Shown here: positions 8,848 to 17,138 of the stretch, piece after piece
Position numbering within the stretch: the stretch's first letter is position 1
Layout of the letters: the number at the start of each line of letters is the position of its first letter
NCBI GenBank assembly: GCA_022866005.1
Contig: JALHTV010000031.1
Location: 1 to 35,251, forward strand
DNA length: 35,251 nucleotides
Direction of reading: 5' to 3'
Origin: Phycisphaerae bacterium
GTDB taxonomy: Bacteria > Planctomycetota > Phycisphaerae > SM23-33
Position numbers and translations under genes: made by a program
Notes under the pieces: model-generated
What the model saw: only the letters and a program-made list of their open reading frames with translations
Database searches by the model: none
What the model was told of the DNA's origin: nothing

Positions 8848-9852
8848 CTACTTGAGTTTCAACTCCATGCCGGCCCGGCGCCAGGTCTCGATGAGCTGGC
8901 GGGCCTCGGTGAGGACGTCCGTCAACTGATCGGTGGCCGCGACCATGGCCTCGTAGAGCTGGGGATCGTTGACCATCTTGCCCAGCGTGCCCTTGCCGGA
9001 CTCCACCTTCCGGACGGCCTGCTCCAAGCTCACCATCAGCCGGGACATGTCGTCGGCGTCCCGCATGAGCTTGTCGGCCAGGTCGTTGACCTTCCCCCCG
9101 GACTCGCGGGCCTGGAGCGCGAACTCGCGGAAGGCCTCCATGGCCTCGGTGGTCTTGCCGGCGGCATCGGCCAGCCGCGCCAAGGTGGCCTCGATGTTCT
9201 CCTGATTCTGCTCGCTGCCCAGGACGGCGTGCAGGGCATCGAGGGTGCGGTTCAGCCTGTCGAGCGTACCGCGCAGACCCGTCGCGGCGGGTCCGGTGGT
9301 CGGCTCGCCCTCGCCTGTGGCCACCGTGGGCGCCAGGGCGTCCTTGAGGCTGCGGGCCAGGTCGGAGATGTCCCGGGCCGCCTGGCTGAGCTCCGGTGGG
9401 AACATCCCGTCACCGCGGTGCTCGCCTTTCAGGACGGCCGTGCCGTCGTTGGGCAGGTACTTGGGGCGCCCGGTCTGGGTGTCGAGGGGCTGGGGGCCTT
9501 CCAGCACCAGGTCCAGGTAGCCCTTGCCCACCAGGCCGCGGGTGAACACCACCGCCTGGGTGTTGCCCGGGAGGCGGATGTCGCGGTTGATGCGCGCGGC
9601 GAAGGTGACGCCCTTGGCCGGGTCGGCCGGGTCGGTGAAGTCCACGGAGACCACCTTGCCCACGCGCATGCCGTGGAGATGGACGTCATCGCCATTGGCG
9701 ATGTCGTAGGTGACGGGGAACTGCATGGATATCACGTACCCGGTCTGGAGCAGTTGGGGCACGCCCGTGAAGATCACGATCAGCGTCCCCAGCAGGCTCA
9801 AGGCGACGATGACCGTCAGCCCGACGGCGATGTTGCGGGTTTTGTCCGTCAT
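8848..9852 (-). CDS. mlaD: MlaD/MCE-domain protein with a long C-terminal helical extension
   Basis: 334-aa ORF with an N-terminal TM anchor (IAVGLTVIVALSLLGTLIVIF). The MCE core is MQFPVTYDIANGDDVHLHGMRVGKVVSVDF ... LVGKGYLDL. The C-terminal half is rich in heptad-like helices. Confidence 0.8.
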   Translation of the reverse strand: MTDKTRNIAVGLTVIVALSLLGTLIVIFTGVPQLLQTGYVISMQFPVTYDIANGDDVHLHGMRVGKVVSVDFTDPADPAKGVTFAARINRDIRLPGNTQAVVFTRGLVGKGYLDLVLEGPQPLDTQTGRPKYLPNDGTAVLKGEHRGDGMFPPELSQAARDISDLARSLKDALAPTVATGEGEPTTGPAATGLRGTLDRLNRTLDALHAVLGSEQNQENIEATLARLADAAGKTTEAMEAFREFALQARESGGKVNDLADKLMRDADDMSRLMVSLEQAVRKVESGKGTLGKMVNDPQLYEAMVAATDQLTDVLTEARQLIETWRRAGMELKLK

Positions 9853-9910
9853 AGCGCTGTCTCCGCGGTCCTATCGGGGTCCTGGCCGCGATCCCCTGCG
9901 GCGGGGGCCC

Positions 9911-10723
9911 CTAGCTCTGCATGTTGGCGGGGCCTTCCACGCGCCCGGTGCGCAGTTGCGCCAGTTCTTCTTCGCTGGCCCGGCCCTCGACGAATCGAGC
10001 GACGATCTCGTTGTCCACGCGGCCGAGGGTGTCGACCGTCATGTCGGCGATGAAGCGGCCCTGGTAGAGCATCACGATGCGGTCGGCGATCTTGCGCGTC
10101 GACTGCATGTCGTGCGTCACCACCACGGCCGTGTTGCCCAAGGCGTTCTTGAGCTTGAGGATCAGCTCGTTGATCAGGTCGGCCCGGATCGGGTCCAGGC
10201 CGGTGGTCGGCTCGTCGTAGAGGATCACCTTGGGGTTCAGCGCGATGGCCCGGGCCAGCGCCACGCGTTTCTTCTCCCCGCCGCTCATCTCTTCGGGGAA
10301 CTTGTGTTGGGCGCCGTCCAGGCCGACCAAGGTGAGGACCTCGTGGCAGCGTTGGCGGCGGGCCGCCTCGTCGGCCCAGGCGCCGTCGTTCTCCGTCAGC
10401 GGGAAGCAGATGTTCTCCTCGACGGTCATCGAGTCGAATAGCGCCCCGCCTTGGAACAGGAACCCGATCTGCTGGCGGATCGGCACCAGCTCCCGCTCGC
10501 CCAAGGCCGAGACCTCGTAGCCTTCGAAGAACACCTTCCCCTTGTCGGGGCGCATCAGCCCGACGATGTGCTTCAGCAGGACGCTCTTGCCGCATCCGGA
10601 CGGACCGATGATCACCGTGATCTTGCCGGGGGCGACCTCCAGGCTTACTGCGTTCAGCACCACGTGACGGTCGAAGCTCTTGGTCACGTTCTTCAGGCGG
10701 ATGATGGGCTCTTGGTCAGTCAT
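9911..10723 (-). CDS. mlaF: ABC transporter ATP-binding protein, MlaF-like
   Basis: 270-aa ORF. Walker A GPSGCGKS, signature MSGGEKKRVALARA, Walker B VILYDEPTTGLDP, H-loop VVVTHD. Confidence 0.85.
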   Translation of the reverse strand: MTDQEPIIRLKNVTKSFDRHVVLNAVSLEVAPGKITVIIGPSGCGKSVLLKHIVGLMRPDKGKVFFEGYEVSALGERELVPIRQQIGFLFQGGALFDSMTVEENICFPLTENDGAWADEAARRQRCHEVLTLVGLDGAQHKFPEEMSGGEKKRVALARAIALNPKVILYDEPTTGLDPIRADLINELILKLKNALGNTAVVVTHDMQSTRKIADRIVMLYQGRFIADMTVDTLGRVDNEIVARFVEGRASEEELAQLRTGRVEGPANMQS

Positions 10724-11240
10724 CGCTCGCTCGTCCCGGCGTCGTGGCCGTCTTGCCGGGTTCGGCCGCGGCGGAGGGTTCCTCCGCCAGCCGCAGCATC
10801 AGGGCCGTCTCGTCGCAGGCGTCGGCCTTGGGACAGGAAATGCACTCGCCCCAGACCTTCTCGGGAAGGCTGTTGCGATCCATGATCTCAAAACCGCGGT
10901 GGACGAAGAATTCATTCTCGTACGTCAGCGCGAACAGCCGCCGGACGCCCAGCTGCCGCGCGTCGGCGATGGCCGCCTGGAGCAGCGCCGAACCGATGCC
11001 GTGCCGGCGCTCCTCCGGCCGCACGGCCATGGACTTCACCTCGGCCATGTCACCCCAGACCAGGCTGACGGCGGCGCAGCCGAGGATTCGGCCGTCGGCG
11101 CCCTCGGCCACGAGGAAATCGCGCAAGGCATTATAGACACTCTCGAGGCTGCGGTGCAGCATTCGGCCTCGCTCGGCGTAATAGTTGATCAGGTCGCACA
11201 TGGCCGGGGCGTCGCTCACTCTGGCCGGTCGGACGGTCAT
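10716..11240 (-). CDS. GNAT-family N-acetyltransferase (ArgA-like acetyltransferase domain)
   Basis: The ORF runs 10716..11276. I prefer the ATG at 11240 (MTVRPARVSDAPAM...). It has the GNAT core VRPEERRHGIGSALLQAAI. The stop (10716-10718) overlaps the mlaF start by 8 nt. Confidence 0.75.
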   Translation of the reverse strand: MTVRPARVSDAPAMCDLINYYAERGRMLHRSLESVYNALRDFLVAEGADGRILGCAAVSLVWGDMAEVKSMAVRPEERRHGIGSALLQAAIADARQLGVRRLFALTYENEFFVHRGFEIMDRNSLPEKVWGECISCPKADACDETALMLRLAEEPSAAAEPGKTATTPGRASDD

Positions 11241-11297
11241 CGCGCGTATTCTATACCACCCCGCCCGCGGCGGCACACGTCAAAAGCGCCCCGCCGG

Positions 11298-12191
11298 CTA
11301 CCCCAGCGCCAGCAGGGCCTCCAGGACGTCGCCCGGCACGGGCAAGGCCGTCCCGTGCTTGACGCCCTGGGGGAAGCTCACCCGGTCCGAGACGTCCTGC
11401 CAGTGCACCAGGTCCCGGGACACCACGGCGCCGTAGGCGTGGTCGCGGAACTTATCGAAGTACACGAACCACCGATCACCGATCTTGATGGCCGAGGGGC
11501 CTTCGCACCAGTACGCCCCCGTGATGGGGCCCGACGCCGGCCCGTAGGGCCCTTCGGCGCGGCCGGCGACGGCCAGCTTGATGCTCTTCTGGGGGACGAA
11601 GGGCTTATTGGTCTCGTCCTTCAGGAACATGAGGTATCGGTCCCCATCCGGCACGATGCAGGCGTCGATGCAGTTGAACCCCGGATCGTACAGCAGCCGC
11701 GTGGGGCTGAAGGTCTGGAAATCGCCCGTGGTCACGTAATAGATGCGGTGGTTCTTGCCCTCCTTGGGCGGGCCCTGGTTGCTCTGGTTGTCGGTTGCGG
11801 GGAATCGGCCGGGGATCGTGGTGGACCAGAACACCAGGTACTGCCCGCCGGCGCGGTCGTAGACGATCTCCGGTGCCCAGCAGTTCAGGGCCGCCGGCTC
11901 GTGCTCCATGACAGGCAGATAACGCTGGGGCGACCAATGGACCAAGTCCGTCGAGCAGGCATAGCCGACTCCGTTGCCCGCCCAGCCAATGGTCCAGACC
12001 AGATGAAACGTGCCATCCTGGGTGCGGAATATATGCGGGTCGCGCATAAGCCGCTCAGGGCCGATCTCCGGTTCCAGCAGCGACCGCCCGCCGGCCAGGG
12101 GCTTCCATGTCCAGCCGTCGTGGCTATAGGCCAGGTGCAGGCCGTCCTTGGCCGGCTCCACGTGGTAGGAGAACAGGTAGCATGACTTCAC
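11298..12191 (-). CDS. glycoside hydrolase, clan GH-F five-bladed beta-propeller (GH43-like), cytoplasmic
   Basis: 297-aa ORF. GTG start at 12191 with a strong AAGGAG 6 nt upstream. The three clan hallmark motifs are in order: MRDPHIF, CWAPEIVY, WCEGPSAI. No signal peptide. Confidence 0.7.
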   Translation of the reverse strand: MKSCYLFSYHVEPAKDGLHLAYSHDGWTWKPLAGGRSLLEPEIGPERLMRDPHIFRTQDGTFHLVWTIGWAGNGVGYACSTDLVHWSPQRYLPVMEHEPAALNCWAPEIVYDRAGGQYLVFWSTTIPGRFPATDNQSNQGPPKEGKNHRIYYVTTGDFQTFSPTRLLYDPGFNCIDACIVPDGDRYLMFLKDETNKPFVPQKSIKLAVAGRAEGPYGPASGPITGAYWCEGPSAIKIGDRWFVYFDKFRDHAYGAVVSRDLVHWQDVSDRVSFPQGVKHGTALPVPGDVLEALLALG

Positions 12192-12319
12192 AGTGGTCTC
12201 CTTGGCTTTCTCCCTTGGTACACTGTGCCATCCTGTCCGTCAACGACGTGAACCAGGTGCGTAGCTGAAGGTGTCTACCGAGGTTGGCGATTTGCCGCAA
12301 GCTGTTGCGGTGAAAGTTG

Positions 12320-12347
12320 TTGACAAATAGACGAAGCGAGGTAGAAT
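12320..12347 (+). promoter_or_regulatory. near-consensus sigma70 promoter upstream of the PEP-CTERM protein gene
   Basis: TTGACA (12320-12325), a 16-nt spacer, then TAGAAT (12342-12347), in an AT-rich divergent intergenic region. This implies a leader of roughly 135 nt before ATG 12488. Confidence 0.55.
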
Positions 12348-12487
12348 TTAATTGCTTCGACCTTCGCTTAGGGAGCGGCGGAGCTTGTAGCAAGTCGAAA
12401 GGCGAGGAGCGTTCTTGCTCACTCGCACCCGCCTTTAGGCCGCCCGGCCGAGTTTCCACAAAAAAGGAACATGTTTGCGGAGGGTTC

Positions 12488-13630
12488 ATGGTTTTAAGGA
12501 CTATGACGATGAAACGTGTGGTCATCCTGATTGTGGTGATCTTCGTACTTCCCCACGTAGTGCAGGCGGGTATAACCTTGGACGGCCTCAGTTGGTCTGT
12601 TCAGTACCTGATCGACCAGTCGCAGAGCGTGATGGGGGTCGATCAGTTCAGCCAGCCCCGGAACAATCGAGGGTTGGCCCTGTCGCCTGACAATGGGTTC
12701 CTGTATGCCGGCTACAACAATCCGTCTGGCAGCTTTTGCGTCCGCAAGATCGATTTGAGCAAGGCCGACTACACCGAGGCGACGGTCGCCAACCTTTTGG
12801 GGGTGACGCGAGGCAAGGCCATCGCGGTCGACGACGCCGGGCGCGTCTATCTGGCCGAAGACGGGTCGGTGATGCTTTACGACCCGAACCTCTCGGCCAT
12901 GCAGACGTCGATCACGACGACCAACTGCGAAGGCGTGGCCGTCCAGCGCGACGGCGGCCAACTGGTGCTGTACACCTCCGACCGCACCACGGGCAAACTG
13001 AGCAAGTGGCTGCTGAGCGAATCCGGGGGCAATGTGACCGGGGCGGCCAAGGACGCGTCCTTCGGCACCAGCGGGGACGTGACATTGCCCGCGAACCTCC
13101 GGGGGGTGGAACTTGACAGCACCGGGCGGATCTGGGTCGCTGGGTATGGCAGCAAGACCGGGTACGTCGTGGCCGCAGACGGGGCATCCTATAGTTCGAT
13201 CTCGACCGGCTCGGCCACCCCGATGGACATCGGATTCGATGGGGATATTGCGCTGGTGCCCCAGGAGTACGGACTGGGTATTTTGCGGTATAACGTCGGG
13301 GACCTGTCCTCATCCGGTGCAGCCCTAGTGCCCCCATTGAGCGATTTGGAACTGACCGCCACCCCTTCAACCGGCGGCACCGGTGCGATCGACTGCATCG
13401 CGGTCATTCCCGGCGTGGGCTTCTATGTCTCCGGCGACGGCATTAACACCGCCGGGGACAAGTCCACTTATGGCACGACGGACAGCCACAGCGGTTGGCA
13501 GGACGGAAAGTTCTACACCGACCTCTGCCACGATGATAACGATCCGATTCTCTTCGCCGTCCCCGAACCAGCCACACTGGGCCTGCTGGTGTTGGGCGGG
13601 CTGGCCCTCTTTCACAAGAAGCGGACGTAG
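12488..13630 (+). CDS. secreted PEP-CTERM-anchored protein, probable beta-propeller repeat fold
   Basis: The ORF opens at 12317, but ATG 12488 follows GGAGGG (12479-12484) and gives a signal peptide MVLRTMTMKRVVILIVVIFVLPHVVQA. The C-terminus VPEPATLGLLVLGGLALFHKKRT is a textbook PEP-CTERM sorting signal. The body has repeated G-x-V/I-Y/W-V-A/S-D strand-like units. Confidence 0.75.
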   Translation: MVLRTMTMKRVVILIVVIFVLPHVVQAGITLDGLSWSVQYLIDQSQSVMGVDQFSQPRNNRGLALSPDNGFLYAGYNNPSGSFCVRKIDLSKADYTEATVANLLGVTRGKAIAVDDAGRVYLAEDGSVMLYDPNLSAMQTSITTTNCEGVAVQRDGGQLVLYTSDRTTGKLSKWLLSESGGNVTGAAKDASFGTSGDVTLPANLRGVELDSTGRIWVAGYGSKTGYVVAADGASYSSISTGSATPMDIGFDGDIALVPQEYGLGILRYNVGDLSSSGAALVPPLSDLELTATPSTGGTGAIDCIAVIPGVGFYVSGDGINTAGDKSTYGTTDSHSGWQDGKFYTDLCHDDNDPILFAVPEPATLGLLVLGGLALFHKKRT

Positions 13631-13661
13631 CATCCCCGAAAAGAAGGCCTCTTCTCACCAG

Positions 13662-13685
13662 CGGGCGGCCGCGGAAGGCCGCCCG
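13662..13685. terminator. GC-rich hairpin between convergent genes (possible bidirectional terminator)
   Basis: CGGGCGGCC (13662-13670) and GGCCGCCCG (13677-13685) form a perfect 9-bp stem with a 6-nt loop, followed by TTCT on the plus strand. It lies between the stops at 13630 and 13705. The U-tract is weak on both strands. Confidence 0.45.
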
Positions 13686-13704
13686 TTCTGGTGCACGGGG
13701 TGCG

Positions 13705-14766
13705 CTACCGTCGCCCCAGTTCTTCGTAGACCTGGTTGTAGTAGAGGGCGCTTTCGACGGGCGTGTTGGGCGGGATGTGGTTGCCCACGGCGAGAAAATA
13801 GCCCGGGCAATTCTTGCCGATGTCCATGCAGCGCTGCACCTCGGCGCGGATTCGCTCCTTGTTGCCGCCCAGCAGCACCCGCGTGTCGGCGTTGCCGATG
13901 AAGACGTGCGTCTTGCCGTACTTCTGCGCGATATAGGCCATGTTTACCGATGGCTCCATCACGAAGCCGTGCACGCCCGTCGCGGCGATATCGTCGATGA
14001 ATTCGGTGTAGTTGCCATCGGAGGTGTACACGACCTTCTTCCCGGCCGCGAGCACCGGCGCCAGCAGCTTGCGGTAGTTGGGGAACACGTACGCGCGGTA
14101 CCAGTCCGGCCGGAAGATCGCCCCGCTGGTCCAGACGATGTCATCGTGCACCATGACCACGGGGATGTTGGCATCGGCCATCGCGTCGAAGTACTGCTGC
14201 ACCCACCCGGTGTAGCGGTTGGCCAGGTCGCCGAAGGCCACCGGGTCGGTCCCCGCGGCCAGGAGCAGCATCTCCCAGCCGAAGATGTCGATCAGCCCCG
14301 AGACCAGCGTGTCGTACATGCCGGTCATGTTCACCCCGTCGGAGTCGCGCCGGCAGATCTCGGCGTACTGGCTTTCGGCCTTGCGGACGAGTTCCTTGTG
14401 CTCCTTGCGCCCGTAGGCCTGCCAGGGGTCGAAGCTCAGGACCTCTTGGGGGTCCTTGAAGGGGCAGTACACGTCGTTGCGTCGGTCGACGCCGCCGGTA
14501 GCGTACTCGGCGTGGCCCATGCTCGTGCGGATCTTGCCGAACATGTTGCTGCCGAAAAAGCGGATGGACCAGTGAAAGTCGTAGTTCCACGCCTTCTTGA
14601 ACGCCGCCGAGGCCGCAAGCTGCTCCTGCATGGGGGTGTCGGGGCCGACCTCGATGCCCGTCACGGCCTTGACCAACTCCCAGTGACGGTGGGCCGAGTA
14701 TTCCGTCCGCGGCACGCGCGGCGGCATCTGGAGGTTCATCGCGGCCCAGCCGTCGGCATAGGACAT
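13705..14766 (-). CDS. uroporphyrinogen decarboxylase (URO-D)-like family protein of unknown substrate
   Basis: 353-aa ORF. The central/C-terminal pattern VVMVHDDIVWTSGAIFRPDWYRAYVFPNYRKLL ... VVYTSDGNYTEFIDDIAATGVHGF resembles URO-D/MtaA-CmuA-like TIM-barrel proteins. Its ATG (14764-14766) overlaps the TGA of the upstream lyase gene by 1 nt (TGATG). Confidence 0.6.
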   Translation of the reverse strand: MSYADGWAAMNLQMPPRVPRTEYSAHRHWELVKAVTGIEVGPDTPMQEQLAASAAFKKAWNYDFHWSIRFFGSNMFGKIRTSMGHAEYATGGVDRRNDVYCPFKDPQEVLSFDPWQAYGRKEHKELVRKAESQYAEICRRDSDGVNMTGMYDTLVSGLIDIFGWEMLLLAAGTDPVAFGDLANRYTGWVQQYFDAMADANIPVVMVHDDIVWTSGAIFRPDWYRAYVFPNYRKLLAPVLAAGKKVVYTSDGNYTEFIDDIAATGVHGFVMEPSVNMAYIAQKYGKTHVFIGNADTRVLLGGNKERIRAEVQRCMDIGKNCPGYFLAVGNHIPPNTPVESALYYNQVYEELGRR

Positions 14767-16895
14767 CAGTCGCTCCCTGGGTGCAGCGTGTGGACGTTGT
14801 TGGCCGGATTGCGGTAGTCGACCGACTGCCTCGGATCGGTGCGGTAGAGGTACTCCTCGACGTTGGTGTAGCCGTCACCGTCGGCGTCGGCCGGGCCGTC
14901 GGAGGCGTCGGAGGGGTTCAGGCCGTGGGCCTTCTCCCAGTCATCGGGCATGCCGTCCTTGTCGCCGTCAGCCGGGCCGACGGCCCCGGCGGCGGGCGGC
15001 GGAAAGTCGGCGTCCTTCCACGACTCGTAGATCTTGGCCTCCTTGTTGGCCTTCTTGTCGTAGGGGGCCCAGTCCTCGTTGGGATCGTGCCAATAGGGGA
15101 CCATGCCCACGCGCGACTTCAGCCCGGCCAAAAAGTACTCATCCGTGCGGTCGCGGACCGGCAGGAAGGCGCCGATAATCGGTGTGAGCTTGGCCTCCAA
15201 TTCCCCGGGGGCGTCGGCGGTGATGGGCATCACGCGGTAGGGGCCCTTGAGGTAGGCGCTCTTGCGGATCTGAAACTCGTTGACGGTCCCGCCGGACTCC
15301 CGCAGGTTCCCGGAGGCGTAGACGTTGTCCGTGGCCCCGAAGCTGTAGCGGTACTGGGTCTGGACGTTGTCGATGACGGTGTTGTCGACGAGGTTGAACC
15401 GGCTCTGCTCCCGCCGCGAGTGCCCGCTGCGGCAGTTGAACAGGAGGTTGTTCCGCCAGTCGATCAGCTCGCAGTCCACCTCCGGGGAGCGGCTGAGGGT
15501 GTTGTAGAGGATGTTGTGGTGGATGGAGCCGACCCCGCCGATCTCCGGCCCGTAGGGGTGGCTGCCCAGCCCGCCCAGGCCCGGCCCCAGCAGGCAATAC
15601 TGGAGGGTGTAGTTCCAGAACGTCGCCCCGTCGCCGATGAAGCGGATCAGCTCGTCGCTGCCGTAGGCGAAGCTGCAATGGTCAAAGACGATGTGGCGCA
15701 GGTCGCCGCGGGTGTCCATGCCGTCGGCCCTCAGCGGGGGGCGCAGGCGGAACCGCATCCCGCGCATAATCACGTTGGAGGCCGCCATGCACAGCCGGCC
15801 GCAGACCTCCACGCCCTCACCCGGGGCGGTATAGCCGATCACCGTCAGGTCGCCCTGGGTGATCCAGACGTCCTCCGGAATGCGAATCTGCCCGCTGACC
15901 GCGAGCAGGACGATTCGCGGCCCGGGGGTGTTCATCGCCTCCACTAGGCTGCCCGGCCCGTCGGCGGCGAGCGTGGTGACGTAGATCACCTTCCCGCCTC
16001 TCCCGCCGGTGGTCATCGCGCCTAGCCCCTCAGCCCCGGGGAAGGCCGGCAGGTAGCCGGTGGGCAGTTCCTTGGGCCCGCCCGACACCACCAGCCAGAA
16101 AAACGGGTCATGGTCGTACCGTAGGCCCGAGTCTTCGTCCTGGGGCTGCTGCGCGCGGCTGTCTTGGCCGGGGAAGTCCCGCAGGTAGAGGTACAGGTGG
16201 TCGGTGACCGTCACGCCGTAGTGGCCCGGCGGGTCGACCAACACCTTCGCGCCGTAGGGTTCAAAGGCCGCTGCCAAGGCATCCAGGATGCCCTGCACCT
16301 CGCGGCGGACCTCCGGCAGCGGCGTGCTGGGGGCCACCCTGGTGATGAAGGCGACGAACTCCGCGTCCATCTTGTTGCGGTCGCGGCTGGGCATGGCCTG
16401 GCGCTTGGCGAACAGGGCGTCGTACTTGGCCCGGGCGCGGGGGTCCTTGGTGGCGCCGTAGACGGTCCTGCGGCGGAGCCCGTCCCTGCCGCCTCCGCCG
16501 AACACGCACGTGCCGTCGAACTTCCCGCCTTCCGGCAGGCTCATGAACAGGTCGAACTGCGTCTGGTAGTCCAGGACGATCTGCGGCCTGTCGGCGGGGG
16601 TGGCCGGCATGACCCGCACGCGGACCGGCGCCACCGGCCCGATGCGGCGGTAGTTCGCCTGGGCGAGCCTGGCCCGCAGGGCGGCCTTGAAGTGGGCGTC
16701 GGTCTCCATTTTCTGAAAGAACGCATCGTCTAGCAGGGCCTTCTTCAGCAGCGGGCAGCGCTCGATGAGCCCGAAGGCCGCTGAGGCCTTGGGGTACTTC
16801 TCTGCCAGCGAGGGCGCGCAGGCGCTGCCGGCGGCTGACAACGCCGCCGCCAGCAAGCCCACGAGGACGGTCTGATGCGTGCGGGGGGACTTCAT
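14766..16895 (-). CDS. secreted pectate-lyase-like polysaccharide lyase (PL1-type beta-helix) with an N-terminal unknown domain and C-terminal Asp-rich calcium-binding-type repeats
   Basis: The ORF opens at 17258, but ATG 16895 follows AAGGAG by 9 nt and gives a signal or lipoprotein-like N-terminus MKSPRTHQTVLVGLLAAALSAAGSAC. FPGAEGLGAMTTGGRGGKVIYVTTLAADGPGSLVEA and HHNILYNTLSRSPEV match PL1 hallmark regions. The C-terminus DGDKDGMPDDWEKAHGLNPSDASDGPADADGDGYTNVEEY is thrombospondin-type-3-like. Confidence 0.75.
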   Translation of the reverse strand: MKSPRTHQTVLVGLLAAALSAAGSACAPSLAEKYPKASAAFGLIERCPLLKKALLDDAFFQKMETDAHFKAALRARLAQANYRRIGPVAPVRVRVMPATPADRPQIVLDYQTQFDLFMSLPEGGKFDGTCVFGGGGRDGLRRRTVYGATKDPRARAKYDALFAKRQAMPSRDRNKMDAEFVAFITRVAPSTPLPEVRREVQGILDALAAAFEPYGAKVLVDPPGHYGVTVTDHLYLYLRDFPGQDSRAQQPQDEDSGLRYDHDPFFWLVVSGGPKELPTGYLPAFPGAEGLGAMTTGGRGGKVIYVTTLAADGPGSLVEAMNTPGPRIVLLAVSGQIRIPEDVWITQGDLTVIGYTAPGEGVEVCGRLCMAASNVIMRGMRFRLRPPLRADGMDTRGDLRHIVFDHCSFAYGSDELIRFIGDGATFWNYTLQYCLLGPGLGGLGSHPYGPEIGGVGSIHHNILYNTLSRSPEVDCELIDWRNNLLFNCRSGHSRREQSRFNLVDNTVIDNVQTQYRYSFGATDNVYASGNLRESGGTVNEFQIRKSAYLKGPYRVMPITADAPGELEAKLTPIIGAFLPVRDRTDEYFLAGLKSRVGMVPYWHDPNEDWAPYDKKANKEAKIYESWKDADFPPPAAGAVGPADGDKDGMPDDWEKAHGLNPSDASDGPADADGDGYTNVEEYLYRTDPRQSVDYRNPANNVHTLHPGSD

Positions 16896-17064
16896 CCTGC
16901 GATTCTCCTTGGTTGGCCGCAGGCCGGGCGGTCGGACCCTGGACTTGGGCAAGGTCGGTGTGTGTCGGCGACGGCCTGGGCTTGTCGGGCAGGTCCAGTG
17001 CAGTGCGGCGATCCACGACGCCTTCCTACCACAAGTCCGCACCGTGGGCAACTTCACTTGCCCG

Positions 17065-17093
17065 TTGAAACCCCCGCCGGCCATTCGTATGGT
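17065..17093 (+). promoter_or_regulatory. candidate promoter for the aldo/keto reductase-lactonase pair
   Basis: TTGAAA (17065-17070), a 17-nt spacer, then TATGGT (17088-17093). A 7-bp hairpin CGCGTCG/CGACGCG (17100-17119) sits at the predicted 5' end of the transcript. Confidence 0.3.
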
Positions 17094-17138
17094 GTGGCAC
17101 GCGTCGCCTCCCCGACGCGACAAGACGCAGGAGCCGCG

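Noticed and set aside
12317-12487. Upstream extension of the PEP-CTERM ORF (437-aa version)
   Set aside because: The extension would begin inside the promoter (TTGACA at 12320) and lies in AT-rich non-coding-looking sequence. The ATG at 12488 has an SD and gives a signal peptide.
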